From: Callorhinchus milii
Lineage: Eukaryota
Assembly (NCBI RefSeq): GCF_018977255.1
Contig: NW_024704743.1
Span: forward strand, 64,544,001 to 64,608,000
DNA: 64,000 nt
Direction of reading: 5' to 3'
The position numbers and the translations under genes were made by a program. Positions 50,617 through 63,067 of the stretch are shown here, piece by piece. The stretch's first letter is position 1, and each line of letters begins with the position of its first letter. The notes beneath the pieces are model-generated. The model had not been told where the DNA came from and did no database searches. It saw only the letters and a list, made by a program, of their open reading frames with translations.

Positions 50617-51084
50617 TTGTCTGTGTGTTCGGAAGAGAAAAGAGATGTTTTCGTGTGCATGTTATATGAAGTGGTCATTTACTTTGTGGTTCTTTGTGGA
50701 AATTTATTGTTGCAAATGGTTGTTCTTTATGCCTGGAATTCAGTCACTGCACTTACTGGTAATTACATGTTAAGAGGTCGGAACATCAGTTGTTTCTTAT
50801 ATGAGAATCATCAGCAATTAAAATGTAATTTACATAATTATCATCCTTGCATTTGATAACATCATCAAAACATCTGGAAGTGCTTCACAGAGTTTACTGT
50901 AAAATGTAATAATTGACCCGCCTAAAGACCTTCCTTTTCAATCATGCTTCCTATATATAATCACAGTCACCTCCCCCCTCCCTCTCCCCCTGGTTTGGGG
51001 TCAGACTCTGCCATTGTCAAGCACTCCAGGACCCTATATAAATGCAAGTTATTGTTCTAATTTCTCCTTGCCATGCTAGAAATG

Positions 51085-51755
51085 AACAATAGGAAGTCAC
51101 TGAAGTACGGTGGACATACCGTACACCAAGGAAGAGGTGTGCGCGAAGTTGGTTGGCAACCACGCATTCCAGAGCTTTGGCAAGTAATACCAGTTTTGAG
51201 ATAGGGCGGTAGTAGCCGAAGTTGGAGGGATCAAGGGTAGGTTTTTTAAGGAAGGGGGTGATGACCGCAGTTTTGGGGGCGAGTGGGACTGATCCTGAGG
51301 GGAGAGACTGGTTAATAGTGTCTGCCAGCAGTGGGCAGAGGAGGGGGAGCTAAGTGATCAGCATTTGGGTAGGGATGGGGTTAAGGCAGCAGGTAGAGGG
51401 TTACATTGTGGTGATGGTGGATAAGAGGGAGGAAGGAGAGATGGGGGCAAATGAATGTAGGATGGGGGCCATGGTAGGAGCTGAGGGCGAGGTGGGTGAG
51501 GGAGATGGAATGGGGGTGGTGGTACATGACACGGGGCTGAGGGATGAAGTTGCCAAGCGGATGTTGTCAATTTTAGAGGTAAGGAAGTCCATGACCTCTT
51601 CGCACTTGGCGTTAGATGTGATGATTGAGAGTGCTTGAGGTCTTGATGGAGGGGAGAAGGATGCGAGAGGAGAAAGAAATGAGGAAGTAGTCCGAGATGG
51701 CCTTTTCCGTGATGCACAGGTTGGAAATGTCGAGGCCATGTGATGCTGAAGTAAA
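51085..51755 (-). mobile_element. L2 ORF2 internal fragment (linker to RT N-terminus)
   Basis: CEEVMDFLTSKIDNIR; TAVITP.LKKPTLDP; YYRPISKL..LAKALECVVANQL. Confidence 0.9.
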
Positions 51756-51859
51756 TAACAAATGTATTCAAATACACCTTCCACAAACACAGGGGTCACA
51801 GGCCTGTGATATGGGAATTGTTCAAAGGGTAGATCTATTTCCACCTAAGACTTCTCACT

Positions 51860-52015
51860 CATTTGGTAGAGATGCTGTACAATGTGGAACTGAACCACAC
51901 AGACTGGGAAAATCCCAGACTCAATCCCAAGTCTGAGTTAGCTGATCTCTGACTTAGTGCTGTAGAGATGCTACAATTGGCCTTACTGCATCTGGGTTAG
52001 AGAAGAAAATAATAT
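51860..52015 (+). mobile_element. AmnSINE2-like 5' fragment
   Basis: cccagactcaatcccaagtctgagttagctgatctc...attggcctt...ctgggttagagaag recalls the AmnSINE2 head; related to 21262-21545. Confidence 0.55.
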
Positions 52016-52144
52016 GAGATATTAATAAGCATTTGTATCAGACGGAAAGGCAAATAGATAAAACATATGTAACCTCCATGATACAGCTAATAATCAATCA
52101 AATGAACAAGACCGGAAGGTTTTATTTTCAACAAATCACTGTGA

Positions 52145-52345
52145 GTTGCTCCCGGAATCCAGGCCAACAATCCCCAATAAAATCAGTCATTCATTTCATG
52201 ACTGTTTGTGTGACGTTGCTGTGTGCAAAAATTGGTTGTTATGATCACAGGACAAAAAAAACCACTCCACTTTACCTTGAGAAATGCTTTTAGACAACTT
52301 CTGGATGAGCATGATGCTATACCAAATTTAAGTATTATTATTATT
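52145..52345 (+). mobile_element. DeuSINE 3' part
   Basis: ggccaacaatcccc...gactgtttgtgtgacgttgctgtg...attattatt. Confidence 0.75.
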
Positions 52346-53009
52346 CTCTATTCTTTTAAAAGGTTGAGAAAAATCTCACTTTTTTTAGGTTATTTGTCTT
52401 GCCTACCATGTGCCTTATATGCTATCCCATTTTCTCCAAATATCGGTAAGCAAGCTGATTCCTAGTTTTTACTGCTGCTTTTACTGTTATAAAAATATGT
52501 AGGAAAAACCTTTGAGGTACATTTTCTCATACTCTAGTTATAAACAGATAACTTGGCAGTAATTTGCCTTCCTCTTACTCTGGCTATAAGCAAATGCATT
52601 TACAATCTATCAATCCTGCATTGTACTAGCTGGATTCAAGAACATTTACACATTGAAGTTTAACCAAGCTAAATTACTTATCAATGGCCCCATCTCTCAA
52701 TAACAGGTGTAGAATTATTCTGAATGCACATTAAATGGTCAATTTCATGCAATCCAACTCGCTCAAACAATGTTCAGTGTGGTTCGAAGGTTTTGCCAGT
52801 GGATGTGTTTCAGAACTGAAAATACAGAAAAGTGAAATGAAATTCAAGCACAGCTCTGAACAGCAAACATATTGCGAATGGATTTCATTTTCAAATGGAA
52901 GCCTAACGTTCTTTTCGCAGATACGCTGCAACTTTTAGGATGATCGGAGAATTAAGCAAACAAGGGAAGACAGAAAACAAGCAAGATTTTTTTTCACAAT
53001 GGATCTCAC

Positions 53010-53113
53010 CTCTATGTTCCCTTGAAGTCCGAGTGGTTGCTGTGCTGGCTTTATATGCTGCGAGGCTGCTTGTCAATCAAAGGTTGTTTGCTACACTAGG
53101 GATTTTTCATTGG
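53010..53113 (-). promoter_or_regulatory. Candidate Pol II promoter and micro first exon
   Basis: CCAAT 53109-53113, TGATTGAC 53072-53079, TATAAA 53050-53055, candidate start A at 53023-53028, donor GAG|gtgaga at 53010/53009. Confidence 0.45.
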
Positions 53114-54210
53114 TTCTCAGATAGGCTTCTAATTAGAATCAGTCATAGCTTGAGTATCTGACCCCAATTACACACACCAGTCATGTTGACCTGTCATGGA
53201 GCAACGTTGCTGGCCACCAGAGGATCCCAGGGAGCTCTGAAGTCTGTTACTGTGCTACTCTGGCCTTCAACCTAAAAAAAGACCTTGTGAAGGCAAGAGA
53301 AGTCATAGGGAAAAAAAGTATGAAAAAAATGTCTTTAAAACCTAGCTGCATTCTCTGCTGGTAGTGCAAGTATAGAGTTGGCTTGTTTCAGTTGCTGTAC
53401 TTGACTTGAGGATTACAGATTATAGATGTTTCCTGTGTTCTACATCCCAAGGGCTAGAGTCAAGTCACTGAGCACAGGAAGCTACTGCTGTAAAAGAAAG
53501 AAGAGACCGACTTTGAAATCGTGGGGTATAATTTGCAACATTTCATAACAAATGACTTGATCTTGTTTCGGGCACCTGAAGACCTGAATATCCGAAGACC
53601 TGTGTGTTCCTGATCACGGAGAACACATAGTCGCTACATATTCACTGCACTTCACAATAAATTCTGTTGGGCACTTTGAGACATCCTCCTGACTTGAAAG
53701 GCACTATATCAAATGCAATGATTATTGTTATTATTAACAGTGTGTTTGATGATCTAAGAAGAAGAATAATCCTTGCAATTTGTATCGCGCCTTTCACTTC
53801 GAGAAGATATCTCAAAGGGCTTCACAGGATTTATTGTGAAGTGTAGTGACTAAACAAAGAATGAAAGTGAGAGAAAGCTTAAGAAAGATAGAAATATACT
53901 AAGAAAGACAAAGCAAGAAAGAAAGAGGAAAAGAGAAAGAGAATAGGAACAAAAATATCAGCGACAAGGTGAATGAGAATAATTGAGAATTTCTTTTGGG
54001 CAGCCAGGTGTCTGACATGCGAAATCCATCACTAGACTTAAGGATATCGAAGACAAACTACTGTATGAAAATCTATGTTGGTCTGAATATGGTGTGCGTA
54101 CTCTCTTTCCAAAGCGCTCTGCCCATTTTACCTAATCCCAAAGAGTTTGGACACAGATTGACAAGAGTCAACCCTTGGGGACCCCGGAGTGTGCACTGGG
54201 GAATTGATGG

Positions 54211-54528
54211 TAATAATAATAATAATCCTTGCATTTGATATAGCGATTTTCACGGTGGGAGGACGTCCCAAAGCGCTTCACAGAACACACTGTAAAGTGA
54301 ATTGACTGTATATTTGTGGGCGAACGCGGCAGCCAATTGCGTACAACAGTGTTCCACAAACAGTCGTAGATTGAAAATGACCAATTTATTATTGTTTTTG
54401 GTTTTGGAGGGATTATTATTAGGTGTGTGGAGTAAGGAAACTTGCCCAAGGTTTCGCTCTGCCTGGAATTGAATTCAGGTCTCTCACTTGCAAGCGAGTG
54501 CTCTAACCACTGAGCTACAGGACTCCAC
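54211..54528 (-). mobile_element. SINE subfamily A, full length
   Basis: Nearly identical to 1060-1383. Confidence 0.96.
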
Positions 54529-54894
54529 ACAATTAATTAAACCAGCAAACGTCATTCTGCATTGCCAGTGCTGAGAGGTTCCAGGTGACCTGTATATCAA
54601 AGAGCACAAAGCACTCTTGTAAGTGTGAACATGCACGGTAGAAAGTTTCTCAAGAGTTCCTTTATTAGGAACAAATTGATTGCATTGTTGAATAGATTTC
54701 TGGAAATCTGTTTCTGCTTCATTAAATGTGATTTTTGGCAAGGCGGTAAATTCAGTTGAAGTATCTTGACAGCATTTGATTGAGTTTCCCATTGAACTAA
54801 GTGTATAAATGATACCCCTGAACAAGCCTGGAACCTCTTGGGGAGATGCACAATCGTAGTTCTTCACATGCTTTACATCATCATTATTAGTTCT

Positions 54895-55088
54895 TAATAA
54901 TAATAATCCTTGCATTTGATATTGCGCTTTTCATGTCTTCTAGACGTTTCAAAGCGCTTCGCAGAATATGCTGTAAAGTGAATTTACTGTATATTTGTGG
55001 GCGAAACGCTGCAGCCAATTGCGCACAGCAGTGTCCCACAAACAGTCGTGGATTGAAAATGACCAATTTATTATTGGGTTTTTTTTGG
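54895..55088 (-). mobile_element. SINE 3' half, truncated at the internal A-tract
   Basis: Tail through aataataaattggtc. Confidence 0.9.
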
Positions 55089-55499
55089 ATCTTGAATCAT
55101 AAAACTGATTGCAACGTAAAAGAGATCACCACTTATGATATCAGCAACAGAAAATGAACTTGAGACTCTTGAATTATTTATTTTTCTTGCATGACCCAGA
55201 AAGAAGATCTTAGCATTGTTCACTTTCCTAAATATGCCACATACCCTAAAGGTGCCTTCCTGACCCAGCTATGCAATTTCTTATGAAACTCCAATTTGAA
55301 TTATTCACGCTTCAATGTAACTGTGCAGAAATGTTTCTTTCTCATTTTTCATTTTACTCAGCATTCACCAGTGGCTGCTTAGTGCTTCTGACATCTTATT
55401 TAGAATCATGCTATGGAAATAATAACCTTGTGGAGAACTGACAGAAGCTCTGAACTCAACACATGCATCATTTGCATCACATAAATAGAGAAAATATAC

Positions 55500-55790
55500 C
55501 TAGAGAAAGTAAACCCAGAGGTATGCTTTTTAGATGTACCAAGTCATGAGGGACACGAGGGCATAAGATCACTGCTGTGAAAGGAGACTTTAGAACAAAC
55601 ACCAGGAAGCATTTATTTACACAGTGGCTAGTCTATGGCTTGAATGGACAATTAAGAAGAATATTGAAGTGAGGACTCTGTCCTCATTTTTTAAAAAATA
55701 GATGGTGTAATGCAAAGGTTTGTATTATGTAAGAATTAGATTAACTGGGCTAAAATGTCTTCTTGATTTAATCCTCTTGTGCCATTTTGT
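55500..55790 (+). mobile_element. Old CR1 3' fragment
   Basis: TRGH...FRTNTRKHLFTQ motif. Confidence 0.6.
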
Positions 55791-56274
55791 GACAAATCGT
55801 TCAGAACAATGAGGACAACATTGAGCTCCCAATGTTTTTGTGGGGATTAAGACTCTGAACAGTAATGTCATGTCTGTTATTGAACAGTGAGTATCAACAA
55901 ACAGTGCAGAAAAATCTTCCTTTTTAACAGCTAATTTACGTAGTGATCTGAAATTTCTCACCTGTGGAATCACATCCATTAATATCTCAAACATAAGCCT
56001 GCAGCAACTTTTTATGGAATCAGAAATTTCACTAAATTTCAGAAATTGTACAAGGGTAAACAGTTTCTCTATTCAATGAGCTAAACAACAGTTTATTAGA
56101 CGGATTACCCCCCCTCACAAGATGTTATTTTATCTTACATTATACTCTTGAAAATCATGTCCTCCTGTTTCTCTTTGGTGAATTTATTCTACTCTTACTT
56201 TCTTTTCATGTTTTGACAATGATGTTGAAAATTTCAGCATCCCACTCTTGTTTCTTCCTTTCAAAAAAGATAAT

Positions 56275-56555
56275 AATATAATAATAATAATCCTTTCATT
56301 TGGCATTGTGCCTTTCAAGTTAGGAGAACGTCCCAAAGTGCTTCACAGGAAAAACTGTAAAGTGGAGTGACTGTCTTTTGAGGGCGAATGCGGCAGCCAA
56401 TTTGCACACTGCAAAGTTGCACATAGAGCGACAAATAGTGAGTGACCAATTTTATTTTGGGGATTGTTGGCCAGGACGTCAGGAAAAACTCCCTTCTCTT
56501 TTCGAATAGTGCCATGGCATCTTTCAAGTCCACCTGAACATCGCATCTGAAGGAT
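56275..56555 (-). mobile_element. DeuSINE 3' part
   Basis: gatgccatggcactattcgaaaagagaagggag Deu core and tail. Confidence 0.88.
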
Positions 56556-57594
56556 GAAGGATTTGAAGATTCGTCAGCTCTTATTCTCCAGTACTTTTCC
56601 CAGTTTATATATTGCTGGGTTTGTGGTTACAGATAATATTTTAATACCAGTGTACTATAGATACAAAAATTTCCAAGTCAACAAATAATTTTTCTGTCCC
56701 GTGCAATTTGCTGTTGTCAACTAATTGATTTATTTGCCGCACAGTCCCTTTGGCTAGTGGAAATAAAATGTATTGGATTGGTAAATATAATTTAGATGGA
56801 TTGCATTTTTCTAATTACGAATGGACAGTTTTAGAGATGATTAAATATTTCAAACCATGTATTTACCCTGGCCAAACATTAGAAGTGAGGTTAGTAAATA
56901 ATGATGTGTTGAACTAGTCCATTTAAATGAATAATGGAATGCATTAGCTTTACAAAGTGAGTATCAAGCCATTAATCTGATACACAAGTGTGCAATATGT
57001 ATAAGGAGTTCAAAATCAGTAACTTGAAATTAACCAAACATATAAATTACTGTAAATACAAAGAATCTGAATTTACATCCTGACTTGACTTTAAAACTGA
57101 TATATTCACTTACCTTGAGGCATTTCAGCTCAATAGTATCTCTAGTCTTCAGGTTAATGGCGTGGCGGTGTCACTTAGGTGTTACGTTTTAACACTTCCC
57201 TCCATCCTAATACTTCTGCATTTAAATCCCTCTCCCTTACAAAGAAGTATAGCAAGCTCTTAATAAAACATTATGAACTTGGATTGGTAATTCACTTGGA
57301 AGTTCTAATTAAGGGGTGAAAATTGTGATGTGTCGTTAACATTAATGATGATAATTAACATATCATTGAAATTACCTAATTTATGATAATTAACACACTA
57401 TCTGGTTCTCGGGTAAGTGGGAGTAAGTGGAGGAGAAATATTTCTCCCCCACCATCTCTCAACCCCCTTCACAACGGTTGTGTCTGGCTGGCGTGTCTTT
57501 CATTGCAACTCAGATTAGTGAATACCAATTAATGGGACACTGTCTTAACTAATCAAAAAAATCAGAGTAAATCTGGCATTGGTTAACTGGCATT

Positions 57595-57960
57595 GTAACG
57601 CATGACTCAGTATTCAATCCTTGGTCCTCTCCTCTTCACTATGGATATGCTTCCACTTGGTGACATCATCCACAGACATGGCGTTCACTTCCACATGTAT
57701 GCAGATGACACTCAATTCTATCTTTCTGCCTCCACACTCGATTCCAGGATCACTGCTGTCCTGACCGTTTTTGTCTGCTGGATATTAAGTCCTGGATGAG
57801 AGCCAACTTTTTACAGTTGAATGTCGACAGGATAGTGACTTTCCTTCTTGGTTTATGTCAGCACCTTCTCATCTCAGGCATTGACAACATCAACCTGCAT
57901 ATGCGCTCCGAGAACGCTGCCCTGTGTGAAGGGCACGATATAAATGCAAGCTCTAGCTGC
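57595..57960 (+). mobile_element. L2 RT-core fragment joined to a 3' tail (internal deletion)
   Basis: SILGPLLF...[19 protein letters not shown]; then gtgaagggcacgatataaatgcaag. Confidence 0.88.
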
Positions 57961-58429
57961 TGTACCCTATCAATTCCCCATGGAAGTAATTTGTCAGTAT
58001 CCCTTTACACATGAATTCCTGTCACTATTGTAGAGAGAGTATAAATACAAACAGAGGCATACTCTGTTTAGCTTGCATGAGGCCGCAATAAAAAGGCAAA
58101 GAGAATCCTGGGTCAGATTATCAATTCAGTTGAATACACTCGTCCAAAGTCATGCTTAAACTATACGGTGTTTTGGTCTGGCCACACCACCAGGAGTGCT
58201 ACACAAAGTTACGCGAATAGTAATTCTGTTCAGTTACATACATTGCTTTTGGCAATGTCAGCCAGTAGTGGGATTTTCCACCATGGTTGCACATTTCTGA
58301 AGGTGCTACACATAACGTTGAATGGAATTTTCAAGCACTGGTCCCTGTGTCACAAGGGGCTACCCAAGCTCTACAGCAAGGCTGTTCAAGTACTAACGGA
58401 TGATCTATGAGGAGTGGCTAGATAGGTTC

Positions 58430-58680
58430 AGGGTCTATAAGATGCTTATTGGGAAAGAGAAAGAAAATCTGGAATGATTGTTTCAAATACACAAGGCTGC
58501 AGGATAACAGAACACATGATTAGAATTGTGAAGGGCAAGTTTAGGACAGACTTCAGGATGTAATTCTTTATATAAAGAGAAAACAACAGCAGGAAGGATG
58601 CAATAGGCCAGGATAATAGACTCACAAAAAGTAACTTGATGCTACAGTGGGAGGATGGTAAACTGGGTATTCTGGAACTG
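58430..58680 (+). mobile_element. Old CR1 3' fragment
   Basis: VYKML...KGKFRTDFR motif. Confidence 0.55.
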
Positions 58681-59505
58681 AAGAACTATAGAAATTTACT
58701 GCACAGAAGCAGCCATTCAGTCCATTGTGTCTGTGCTGGCTCCCACAAGAGCTATCTTTTCAGTCTCACTTACCTGGCCTTTCCACATTCCCTGCCACTG
58801 ACTCTTTTTGAGGTATCTGCTTAGTTCCCTCTTGAAGGCCAAAATGGACCACAGCCAGCAGGGAATTCCATATCATAACTAGTCTGTACGTGAAACAAAT
58901 TCTCCTAACTTCCCTATTTGCTCATTTACTAACTATCTTAAATTGATGCCCTCTAGTTACCGACTCACCAACCAGGGGAAATAATTTTTCCCTATTGATT
59001 CCATCAAAACCCCTCATAATTTTAAAGACCTCTATCAGGTCATCCAACAACCTTCTTTGTTCCAGTGAAAACATTCCCATTGTTCCAGTCTCTGCTCATA
59101 GGCCAAAGCATTCATCCCTGGAATGAGTCCCAAGTAAATCTCCTCTGTACTCCTCTATCACCTTGACGTTTTTCCTAAAGTGTGGTGAGCAATACTGGAC
59201 ACAATATTTTAACTGAAGTCTAACTAATGTTTTATATTGAATTAGCATTACCTCTTTGCTTTTATATTCTATACCCCTATATATAAAGCCTACGATTTCA
59301 TTAGCTTTTTGACAGCTTTGTCGAACTGCCTTCCCACCTTTAAAAATGTATGTATAGCTCTATACAAATGTAATCTTGTATTGTGTTGTAAGTTCCTTTG
59401 CTCAATCAATTTCTTTAGCAGCACCACTTTTCTAAAGTTAGCCTTTTATTTGCTGCACATTTTCCTCTTGTACACTCAATGTCTCAATACCACTCCTCTG
59501 CCATA
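58681..59505 (-). mobile_element. CR1 3' fragment
   Basis: 3' UTR at 58681-58870; LIEVFKIMRGF; LKYCVQY. Confidence 0.9.
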
Positions 59506-59509
59506 ACTT

Positions 59510-60167
59510 CAGAAAAAAGGCGAATGGAATGTTGGCCTTTACCTCAAGGGACCTGGAATACAAGGGGAAGAAATGATGCTTCAGCTGTATAGAGAGGTAG
59601 TCAGATCCCCACCTGAGTACTGAGTTCAGTTTTGGGCACCACTCCTCAGGAGAGATATATTGGCCCTGGAGGGGTGCAGCGCAGGTTCACCAGAATGTTA
59701 CAGGCCTAAAAGTGTTAAGTTACGAGGAAAGGCTGCGTAAACTTGGATCATATTCCCTTGAGTTTAGAACGTTGAGGGGTGATTTGATTGAGGTATTTAA
59801 GATGATAAAGGGATTTGATAGGGAAGATACAGAGAAGCTATTTCCTCTGGTGGGGAATCCAAAACAAGAGGGAATCGTCTTAAAATTAGTACCAGGCCAT
59901 TTAAGAATGAAATCAGGAAGCATTTTTTCACTCAAAGGATGGTAGAAATCTGGAATTCTCTCCCCCAAAAGGATCCATCCACACTTTCAAGAGTGAGGTT
60001 GATAGATTTTTGGTAGGTCAGGGTATTAAGGGATATGGGGAAAAAGCAGGAAATTGGAATTGAAAGGATTAGTTGAGATACAGATCAGCCATGATCTAAA
60101 TAAATGGTGGAACAGGCTTGAAGGGCTGAATGGCCTCCTCCTGTTCCTATGTCCTATGTTCCTATGT
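59510..60167 (+). mobile_element. CR1 3' fragment with intact 3' UTR and (TTCCTATG)n-type tail
   Basis: LSYEERLRKLG...RGDLIEVFK; near-identical to 31420-31850. Confidence 0.95.
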
Positions 60168-60824
60168 AACTACATAAAATCAACTTCAATATTAAGTCTG
60201 AATTCAACAATTTGCCAAAATTCTGGATGCTACAAAATGCTACAAAAGTAAAATAAATCCAAAAACTGGTGGGATTTTCCCAAATCTCCCTTTGTCATGA
60301 AAACTTCAATGGTCCTAAATCTCAACCAGCATTCATTTATAATAGTACATAAACCTTTAGTAGCTCCCTCTCTTTTGCTAAGTAAGCAATAAAGAATCCT
60401 TGAAATAACCATATAAACCTGCAAAACCTGTTGCTGCATTAATGTTTTAGTAGATGTATCTAGGTTCTGCCGAGATGCCCAATCTCAATCCCTTACCAAC
60501 TGGCTTATTTCATCTATTGCCTAAAAGTGGAAGAAGCTTCCTCTTAAAAATTGAATTTGCCTTTGAGTCTATGATTTTAAAAAAATCTGAAACTGTCTTT
60601 AATGTTAAAAATTAGATCAAAACGCATATCTTGAAAGATTTGTTTCAGTAGAATTGAATCCCCAAACTTCAGGGACTGGAATCCCCTTCATACCTAAGAC
60701 AGGTTTTCAAACATAAAAAGGAACATATGAATTCTTCACTTTTTATCATTGCCATCAAAGAAAGAAAAGTTGCCTGTAAACTGAGAATTTAAATTTGTAG
60801 CAGCTGCATAGCAATATAGTAACA

Positions 60825-61158
60825 GTTAGCCTGGTTCAATTGGTAGCATTCTCGCCTTGGGAGATGCCTTGGGAGTCAGAAGGTTGTGGATTCCAGTCCC
60901 AAGTCAGGACTTTGAACTAACATAGTATGGGCTGATACTCCAGCACAGAGCTGGGGAGGGTGTTGCTTTGTCAGAGATACCATCCTTCAGATAACACGTT
61001 AAACTGAAGTTCTGTCTTCCTGTTCGGGTGGACGTTAAACACCAATGGCAATATTCGAAAATAGAAAATTGTCATTCACTTAATGGCTGTTTGTGGGATA
61101 TTGCTGTGTGCAAATGCACTGCAATGTTCTTCTACAAATACACAGTCACTACACTTTA
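60825..61158 (+). mobile_element. Older DeuSINE
   Basis: Head agcctggttcaattggtagcattctcgcc with a local duplication of gccttgggag; Deu core. Confidence 0.82.
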
Positions 61159-61159
61159 A

Positions 61160-61445
61160 GCCTAGAACAATACTTTAGGATGTACCAAGACAGTAGAACA
61201 AGAGGACATTGGTTTAGAGTTCAAATGGAAGTTTCTGGACAGATAACTGGAAGTTTTTCTTTACACAGAGGATAGTAGGATAATTACTGACTGAAACAGG
61301 TTACCAGGTAGTGTGGTTAAGGCCAGGACACTGGACTCATTTAAAAAGCAGCTTGATCCTATGATGGGAAGATGGTGGGGTGGGGGGGAGAGATGAGATC
61401 AGATGGGCCAAAGGATCTCTTTATCCAAACTAATCTTGTGATCAA
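61160..61445 (+). mobile_element. Old CR1 3' end
   Basis: SRTRGHWFRV motif and 3' UTR similar to 495-647. Confidence 0.7.
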
Positions 61446-63067
61446 ATAGAAATGCCTATATTATCCAGAAACAAAAGAAATATTTTTTCGGTGTGTATTT
61501 AGAAAAACTAAAGATTGTGTGGATTTTTAGATGCAAGGCATACTTGTTTGGGTAGTAAGACTTTTGTTTTGAAATGTTGTGTTTCTTTGCTTTATTTTCA
61601 CTCACTCAGCCCTAAAGCCCTAAAATAAGAAGTGTTACTTTCCTGGATCTTTTGTGATTCCACCTATAAGTTTTTCAACTTCAGTTAATCTCTTTGTTCT
61701 GAATGTGTTTTTAACAATTACATAACTTGGACATCATTTCACATATAACATGATCCAAATGACTCACTAAGTAACATGAAACCATATAAAGTGTTCATTC
61801 TGTTATCAGACCAGTCACAGAAATATACTTTTGCAATAGTTCCCAAGGATAGTGGTGCAGAGAGAGTTACTAGAGATTTATATAAGAACATTAGATACAA
61901 AATCACAGGTGCACTTTGTTGTTTTTCACTGTCTTTAAAATTGAACTTCAACAAGGTATAATTTTGTTTCTTTAATATCCACACGACTCGAGGAGAATGT
62001 CACAAATAATAAAGCAAACTTTGTGAAGCTGGTATAAGACTGTAATTTGCCCAAGCTCTACAGATGGAGAAGCTTTTCAATAGCAAATCATAAGACTGAA
62101 AATCCAACAGCCAAATGTTAAAAGAGTGAAATGACTGTGTATTAATAGATTGATAAATAATACAAAATAATCCTTGCATTATAGTTGGGAGGATGTCTCA
62201 AATGCTTCACAAGATTTTACTGTAAAGTGTAGTGACTGTATTTTCTAGGCAAACACGGAAATTAAGACAAATTCTGGACTCCTTCTCCAAAAGGCTACAC
62301 AACATGATTACCTCACTTAAATATCTCACCATATCCAACAGACTGACACTAGGGGGCAGTAAACAACATGCCTCTTGCTATTTGACCTCAATAAAAAGCA
62401 TGATATTCACTCATCCACATCTATCTTTTGCAAGCAAAACAAACTAATCCTGAAGTGCGCAACACTAATGTTAACAATAGCAGAATAAATATATATTGTT
62501 TAACACAATGTAAGAGAAATGTATATGCACAGCACCAGCATGTAATGAATAGGAAGATTCTGACAATGAATAGCATTGTCTTGTATTATAGGCTTGGGCT
62601 GGTGGATTTTGAGATTTTTTTCGAAAATTATTTACATCTTGCAAGTCTAGTTTTCAAATCTTGAAATATAATCCAACTCCCCCCACACCCACCCCAGCAC
62701 AGGTGCCCAGCCAGGATTGACGTATGCTTTGAGACATCCTCATGATGTAGAAGGCACTATGTAAATGTAAAGTGTACCGTAAATTCGATTGTAATGATTG
62801 TAACAAGGAGAGTTCCTTTTGATTTAAAAGTTAACATGATATTACAATTTAAGTATATCTAAATTCCACATGTCTGTTCAGAGGTACACTACAGGAAATA
62901 TTTAAGGATCAAATGCATTGAATTTCGAAGATATCAGAGGTTAGAACTTTGTTGGCAAGACATCACCAATACACACTGTGCAACATGTGTTTGAGGAACT
63001 GATTTGCTTTTATTTCATGCAATTCCTCTATCATTTGAACAGTTAAATGTAAATGGCTATGTAGGGG

